Virus record (IMG/VR): IMGVR_UViG_3300033512_000347
Location: 1-21,082 of that record
Length of the DNA: 21,082 nt
Source: a virus
Reading direction: 5' to 3' (one strand)
Shown here: positions 16,857-21,082 of the stretch, one piece after another
Layout: every line of letters begins with the position of its first letter
How positions within the stretch are numbered: position 1 is the stretch's first letter
Notes under the pieces: generated by a model
What the model was told of the DNA's origin: nothing
Seen by the model: the letters and a program-made list of their open reading frames with translations, nothing else
The model's database searches: none
Made by a program: the position numbers and the translations under genes

Positions 16857-16891
16857 GTGAATATGCAAAAGGGGATTTATTATCCCCTTCC
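16857..16891 (-). promoter_or_regulatory. Divergent hairpin + promoter module
   Basis: The - strand reads AAGGGGAT-aataa-ATCCCCTT-TTGCATATTCAC, with a compensatory A-T to G-C pair relative to the other copies. Confidence 0.65.
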
Positions 16892-16898
16892 ATTTTAT

Positions 16899-17735
16899 TT
16901 ATTTTTTATCATCATACCATTCTATAAGAGGACATGCTTTTTTATATGTCATGTATATCATATCACAGATAATTAAAAACCCTTTTCCTAAAAATTTAAA
17001 TGGTGCTAACAAATACTTTCCTAATCCTAATTGACATAATTTACATTTAGGTAATTCAACGCATTTTAATTTATCAACAAGAGGACCTAAAATATATTTA
17101 AATAATAGAACCAATAATGCAGAACCAACAGCAATAATACCAAGTATAGAAGTTACTCTACCAACTAATTCCCAATCCATAGGTTTTAACTCAATCATTA
17201 ATATCAATCTATAAAAAATATATGTTATTAATAAAAATACACCTGTTGATACAGTATATGCTATATATGGAAAATACTTACTTTCCTTTACCTCTTTAAT
17301 CTTTTTAACGTTTTGGATATTTTTTTCTAATTTTAATTGGTAAAGATATTTTGAATATTCATCGGCCATATCTCTAATATCATCCTTAATACCCCAATCT
17401 AAATCATATCTATATAATTTCCAACATCTTGATTTAGTTATCGAGTAAGCTTCTTTAGCTGTTAATCCCGGATTTTTACATTTTGTAATAAAATCTTGAA
17501 TTATTTTATCCCTTTTATCTCGTTTGTAAGATTCTAAATTAGATAATAGATTTGTACCTGTTTTACCAAATAATTTAATTACTAAAATAAGTGGTAGGAA
17601 TAATAATGTAAAAACCATTGACCAAAAATATGGACACATAGTATTAAATGTGTTTGTTGGGTTTTTACCATAAATCCAAGTAAATAATTTTACATGCCAC
17701 GATGTATTTGAAAATCTGTATAAATTATTAATCAT
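16899..17735 (-). CDS. Multi-pass membrane protein
   Basis: At least three hydrophobic helices; promoter core 17793-17805 upstream. Confidence 0.85.
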   Translation of the reverse strand: MINNLYRFSNTSWHVKLFTWIYGKNPTNTFNTMCPYFWSMVFTLLFLPLILVIKLFGKTGTNLLSNLESYKRDKRDKIIQDFITKCKNPGLTAKEAYSITKSRCWKLYRYDLDWGIKDDIRDMADEYSKYLYQLKLEKNIQNVKKIKEVKESKYFPYIAYTVSTGVFLLITYIFYRLILMIELKPMDWELVGRVTSILGIIAVGSALLVLLFKYILGPLVDKLKCVELPKCKLCQLGLGKYLLAPFKFLGKGFLIICDMIYMTYKKACPLIEWYDDKK

Positions 17736-17858
17736 AACTTTTAATTGTTTTTAGTTAATATTAGTTTTTAAATTGTTTTAAATCTCTATGTTGTAAACAT
17801 ACGAATATAATTTATACTTTCAAATTCCTTAAAATGAATTATAAATTAGCTTACAATC

Positions 17859-18035
17859 CTATTCCTTATTCTTAAAGAATTTAATATACGGAAACCAAAT
17901 TAATCCTATAACGCTTAATGGTATTGAAGCGAATATGAGCATTGGGAACTCTGTTCTAAACACAAATTGGTTTATATAAAAAACCAAAACCAATCCTAAA
18001 ATAAATAGGATTGATTTAGATAAAAATTTTCTCAT
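17859..18035 (-). CDS. Small two-TM membrane protein, 58 aa (not in ORF track)
   Basis: MRKFLSKSILFILGLVLVFY...LIFASIPLSVIGLIWFPYIKFFKNKE*, with a TAATG overlap to the upstream gene. Confidence 0.7.
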   Translation of the reverse strand: MRKFLSKSILFILGLVLVFYINQFVFRTEFPMLIFASIPLSVIGLIWFPYIKFFKNKE

Positions 18036-18238
18036 TATAGTACCTCCAAGAATTTAGTTTCCTTAATAGATTTCACAGTAAAATCTAAATTAGAACCTTC
18101 ATCAACAAATTTCTTTGTAATTGTAGTTTCTGCGTCTAAACAAGAAGCAGCATGAATTAAATATTGTTCTCCAATATTTTTAATTTTCCCTTTATCGTCT
18201 TCCATTTTTACAGAGACTTTTACATCATAATATTTCAT
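18035..18238 (-). CDS. DUF4494-like protein
   Basis: The YDVKV...GKIK...EQYLIHAASCLDAE...VKSIKETK pattern matches the Bacteroidota DUF4494 family as recalled. Confidence 0.7.
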   Translation of the reverse strand: MKYYDVKVSVKMEDDKGKIKNIGEQYLIHAASCLDAETTITKKFVDEGSNLDFTVKSIKETKFLEVL

Positions 18239-18240
18239 AA

Positions 18241-18498
18241 TTATCTAGTTTTTGTTGGTATTTGTTTATCTAATAATTCATTTCTGTTATACTTTCTCTC
18301 TACTTCCGATGGATTTTCAAGATATTCAACTAAATATTTAATTAAATCTTTTTTATCCTCAATTGCTATTCTCTGACATCCTACATTAACGATATACCCA
18401 TAATCCAACGGGATTATTTCTATATTTCTTTTAGGTTGATAAGTTTCCTCTCTGCAAGCTTCATTCATTTGTGGTTCTTCTACTAACATTTTTTCCAT
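18241..18498 (-). CDS. Hypothetical protein
   Basis: 85-aa coupled ORF. Confidence 0.8.
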   Translation of the reverse strand: MEKMLVEEPQMNEACREETYQPKRNIEIIPLDYGYIVNVGCQRIAIEDKKDLIKYLVEYLENPSEVERKYNRNELLDKQIPTKTR

Positions 18499-18500
18499 AA

Positions 18501-18875
18501 TTATTTGTTTGTATATTTGGTTACTAATTGATCCATTGTTTCTTGGATATTACCTGAGATATTAGCAATAATTAATTCTCTTTCAATATCATTTTCATTT
18601 ACATAATTACCAGGACTTGGTGGGGTATTTACTTCAATCCAATTATTCCAATTATCATATTGAAACTCAAGGTCTGGGTATTTTTTCTGATATTTAGGAA
18701 GAATATCTCTGACTGCTTTATAACTTTCTTCTTTTAATTCTTCTACTAATTTTTTATGAACATCTAAATTAGCTTTATAAGCTATTTGTTCTGGTGAGTT
18801 AGCGTTTGCTTCTCTAATTTTTTTAATTACTGTTGTTACAACAGCATCAACTTCTCTTTGTGATAATTTTGCCAT
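18501..18875 (-). CDS. Hypothetical protein (start revised to 18875)
   Basis: MAKLSQREVD...; starts 1 nt after the upstream stop. Confidence 0.8.
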   Translation of the reverse strand: MAKLSQREVDAVVTTVIKKIREANANSPEQIAYKANLDVHKKLVEELKEESYKAVRDILPKYQKKYPDLEFQYDNWNNWIEVNTPPSPGNYVNENDIERELIIANISGNIQETMDQLVTKYTNK

Positions 18876-18876
18876 A

Positions 18877-19038
18877 TTAATAATTTTCTTCTTGTTCTTC
18901 AATCATTTTCTCTTTAAGTTCTAAAGCTTTATTATATTTTTCCCACTTGTTTACTCCTAAGGATTTAAGTGCACGAAGCTCTGCTTCCATATCAACTAAT
19001 TCAATAAATCTGTCGATAGTTAATGTAATTTCTGTCAT
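18877..19038 (-). CDS. Small hypothetical protein, 53 aa (not in ORF track)
   Basis: MTEITLTIDRF...LRALKSLGVNKWEKY...EENY*. Confidence 0.75.
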   Translation of the reverse strand: MTEITLTIDRFIELVDMEAELRALKSLGVNKWEKYNKALELKEKMIEEQEENY

Positions 19039-19049
19039 TATTTTGGTTT

Positions 19050-19301
19050 TTAGTATATTTCGTATTGTATTTCTCCGTTGGTTTTATTTTCATCAATCAT
19101 AAGATAATGGAAATTATAATATTCTTTACAAGCTAATCCAACTCTTCCAACGTTTGATATTATAGTTACTTGTTTCCCTCTAATATCTTTTTCACCACTA
19201 TTAATTTTATAATGAGTATCAGTTTTACCATATTTACCCATAGGTATATCTTCTTTAATCCAAACTTTATCACCAACTTTATAATCATTCCTCTTCTTCA
19301 T
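19050..19301 (-). CDS. YEIY-tailed small protein, family B
   Basis: YKVGDKVWI; ends EIQYEIY; ATG at 19301. Confidence 0.85.
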   Translation of the reverse strand: MKKRNDYKVGDKVWIKEDIPMGKYGKTDTHYKINSGEKDIRGKQVTIISNVGRVGLACKEYYNFHYLMIDENKTNGEIQYEIY

Positions 19302-19608
19302 AACCAAATATTTTATTATTAATATCTCTTACTCTTGCAGCGAATTCATAATTTTCAACCTCTTCAGCATATCCAACCATTTCATCAAAGGCTAATCCCC
19401 ATTCATCCTCTAATATCGAAATAAATTTCATTAATGGATTAGTAGGAATTTCTAATTCAAATATATCTACTGTTTTTGTTGATTGAGTTTTATTAAAACA
19501 TTTTTCCATAATATCTAACGTTCGAATATAAATTTCCAAACGATTTTCATCATAGTAATCTTCTAATTCCTCTTCATTATTAAATTTTAGCTTTTTTAAT
19601 CTTCCCAT
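19285..19608 (-). CDS. Hypothetical protein with C-terminal UVR-like motif
   Basis: ENYEFAARVRD resembles the UvrB/UvrC coiled-coil motif; promoter core 19630-19642 upstream. Confidence 0.7.
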   Translation of the reverse strand: MGRLKKLKFNNEEELEDYYDENRLEIYIRTLDIMEKCFNKTQSTKTVDIFELEIPTNPLMKFISILEDEWGLAFDEMVGYAEEVENYEFAARVRDINNKIFGYEEEE

Positions 19609-19644
19609 TTAGTTTAGGTTTTTTGATTTGTAAATATACGAAAA

Positions 19645-20271
19645 TTATTTTGAATAATCTAATAAATTTCGTTTAATATCTCTATTAATTTTAGAGCATA
19701 ATGGTTGAAAGTTAGAGAAATGATTAAGTTTATAAACATCATCCCCACAGGTGGAACTTGATATAGGAATAATATGATCAAAATCCCAACCATAATTAAG
19801 TTCACCATTATATAATCCATGATTTTCCCAAGTCATCCATGATTCAAATTTAGATTCGATATATAATTTGAATTCTTCAAAAGTACAACCAATAATTTCT
19901 AATGTTCGTTTTGATTTAATTTCTTTCCCTTCAAGAATATTTTTAAAACCATAAACTAAATATGATTTAATTAATTTTCTAATTTTACACTCAGGAATAT
20001 TATTATATCTGTAGTTATCATAAATTCTTATTTTATCTTTATTTAATTCATTATATAATTTATTATATTTTGAAATCTTTTCTACATTATTTTCATTCCA
20101 AATTTTATTACTAAAAGTATGATATTCTATATTATCATAATAATATTTTTCACCGTGAATTTTTTTACAAACTTTACATTTACCACCAACACCCCCACTT
20201 CCTTTCTTATCTTTATGAAATTCGTCTAAATTTTTTTCTAATTTACAAGTATTGCATTTTTTAATTTCCAT
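19645..20271 (-). CDS. HNH-family endonuclease with N-terminal Zn ribbon (putative homing endonuclease; start revised to 20271)
   Basis: CxxC...CxxC, followed by MTWENHG...DHIIPIS...NFQPLC..IN. Confidence 0.8.
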   Translation of the reverse strand: MEIKKCNTCKLEKNLDEFHKDKKGSGGVGGKCKVCKKIHGEKYYYDNIEYHTFSNKIWNENNVEKISKYNKLYNELNKDKIRIYDNYRYNNIPECKIRKLIKSYLVYGFKNILEGKEIKSKRTLEIIGCTFEEFKLYIESKFESWMTWENHGLYNGELNYGWDFDHIIPISSSTCGDDVYKLNHFSNFQPLCSKINRDIKRNLLDYSK

Positions 20272-20282
20272 ATCAAAATAAA

Positions 20283-20366
20283 AGGAGAAATTAAGAAATG
20301 TATCTGGTCCATACAAATTCCTAAAATCTCCTATAAAATATCTTTATTAAGCAGGACCAGTGCTTA
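20283..20366 (-). ncRNA. Two-hairpin kissing-loop RNA element in the HNH gene leader
   Basis: The 7-nt loops at 20304-20310 and 20354-20360 are exact reverse complements. Confidence 0.7.
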
Positions 20367-20399
20367 TATGGATATAAATATGTAAGGAGAAAAGAAATA

Positions 20400-20756
20400 T
20401 TAACCTTTCTTTTTCTTTTTTAATGGTAATCTATCTTCTGGGTATAAAGAATAATGAAACTCTTCCAATTCTTTTTGGATAGTTTCCATTCTTAATTTAT
20501 CCTCTTTTGTTACTCTTGGTTTTCTTTCACCTTTTTTAGGTTCATATTTTTTCTCCAACAATTCTAATTCACGTAGTAATTTTTCAGAAATTTGGAATTG
20601 TGGATCTTCAAATTCAACACTAATGGGACCATTACTTTTTAAAGTATTCCATTTCCATGTCTCTTTTTCTCCCTTTATATCTTTAAATATTTGAGTATAT
20701 TCAATTAATGGAGTATCATTCTCGATTGGTCTTCCTCTACCTTTAATAGACTTCAT
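20400..20756 (-). CDS. Hypothetical basic protein (KGRGRP motif)
   Basis: AT-hook-like GRP near the N-terminus; the ATG is embedded in the upstream YEVY codons. Confidence 0.75.
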   Translation of the reverse strand: MKSIKGRGRPIENDTPLIEYTQIFKDIKGEKETWKWNTLKSNGPISVEFEDPQFQISEKLLRELELLEKKYEPKKGERKPRVTKEDKLRMETIQKELEEFHYSLYPEDRLPLKKKKKG

Positions 20757-20946
20757 AATGAGAAGTTTCAGTAATTAATTCTAATTGATGAAATGGAGTC
20801 CAATTACCAATTCCGCTTTTGGTTTCATCACCATATACTCTATAACTATTAATCTCAATTTCTGTAATAGTTCCAATTTCACCAATTTTATTAACAGAAC
20901 TACCACCTAATACTTTTACTCTATCCCCTATTTTAAATTTTGCCAT
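20743..20946 (-). CDS. YEVY-tailed small protein, family B
   Basis: FKIGDRVKV...GEIGTI; ends TSHYEVY. Confidence 0.85.
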   Translation of the reverse strand: MAKFKIGDRVKVLGGSSVNKIGEIGTITEIEINSYRVYGDETKSGIGNWTPFHQLELITETSHYEVY

Positions 20947-21082
20947 ATTCTATATATTTAATAGGAATGTTATTATCTCTACAATAACTCTCTTCATATG
21001 ATATACCAATAGATTTATCCCATCCTTCTAATTTTAAAACATGCATTTCTTCACATTTATTTAAAAATGTTAAACAAAATTC
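20933..21082 (-). CDS. 3' end of a DUF1937/DUF4406-like (NDT-fold) protein, truncated by the window
   Basis: Manual translation ...CEEMHVLKLEGWDKSIGISYEESYCRDNNIPIKYIEYGKI* matches the LxGWxxSxGxxxE...IP pattern. Confidence 0.6.
   Translation of the reverse strand, partial: EFCLTFLNKCEEMHVLKLEGWDKSIGISYEESYCRDNNIPIKYIEYGKI

Noticed and set aside
2102-18376. Plus-strand ORFs (2102, 4334, 6188, 12205, 12517, 14512, 18164)
   Set aside because: They are antisense shadows of better - strand genes, with no promoter or start context and unnatural composition.
19285-19301. YEEEE end of 19285..19608 as a tag variant
   Set aside because: It is explained by overlap with the next gene's ATG AAG AAG and lacks the terminal [I/V]Y.
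3216-20946. YEIY repeats as CRISPR repeats or integron attC sites
   Set aside because: The spacing is gene-sized and irregular, variation is concentrated at synonymous positions, there is no attC-like palindrome, and no cas or integrase gene is in the window.

Overview
This is an AT-rich, gene-dense window transcribed entirely on the - strand. It most likely comes from the early/accessory region of a large lytic phage of Bacteroidota (Flavobacteriia-like). That call is an inference from Bacteroidota-type promoters, SD-less A/T-rich start contexts, lipoprotein signal peptides, a DUF4494-like gene and a T9SS-CTD-like gene. Recognisable genes are denV (pyrimidine-dimer glycosylase), a dNMP kinase, an SLT-type lytic transglycosylase, an HNH endonuclease, four lipoproteins and an OmpA-like protein. 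The main finding is that 21 small, mostly unrelated proteins spread over 3.2-20.9 kb all end in the same C-terminal tag, (xP[Q/H/N])-Y-E-[I/V]-Y-stop. The tag is written with varied synonymous codons and is carried by at least three different N-terminal domain families, which suggests a 'tagged small-protein library' with a common partner. Other signals are about 15 copies of a promoter motif (TTCGTATATTTAC), some fused to a hairpin; a kissing-loop RNA upstream of the HNH gene; three candidate structured ncRNAs; and a stand-alone signal peptide + T9SS-CTD-like protein. Family assignments are from motif recognition by eye, not database searches.
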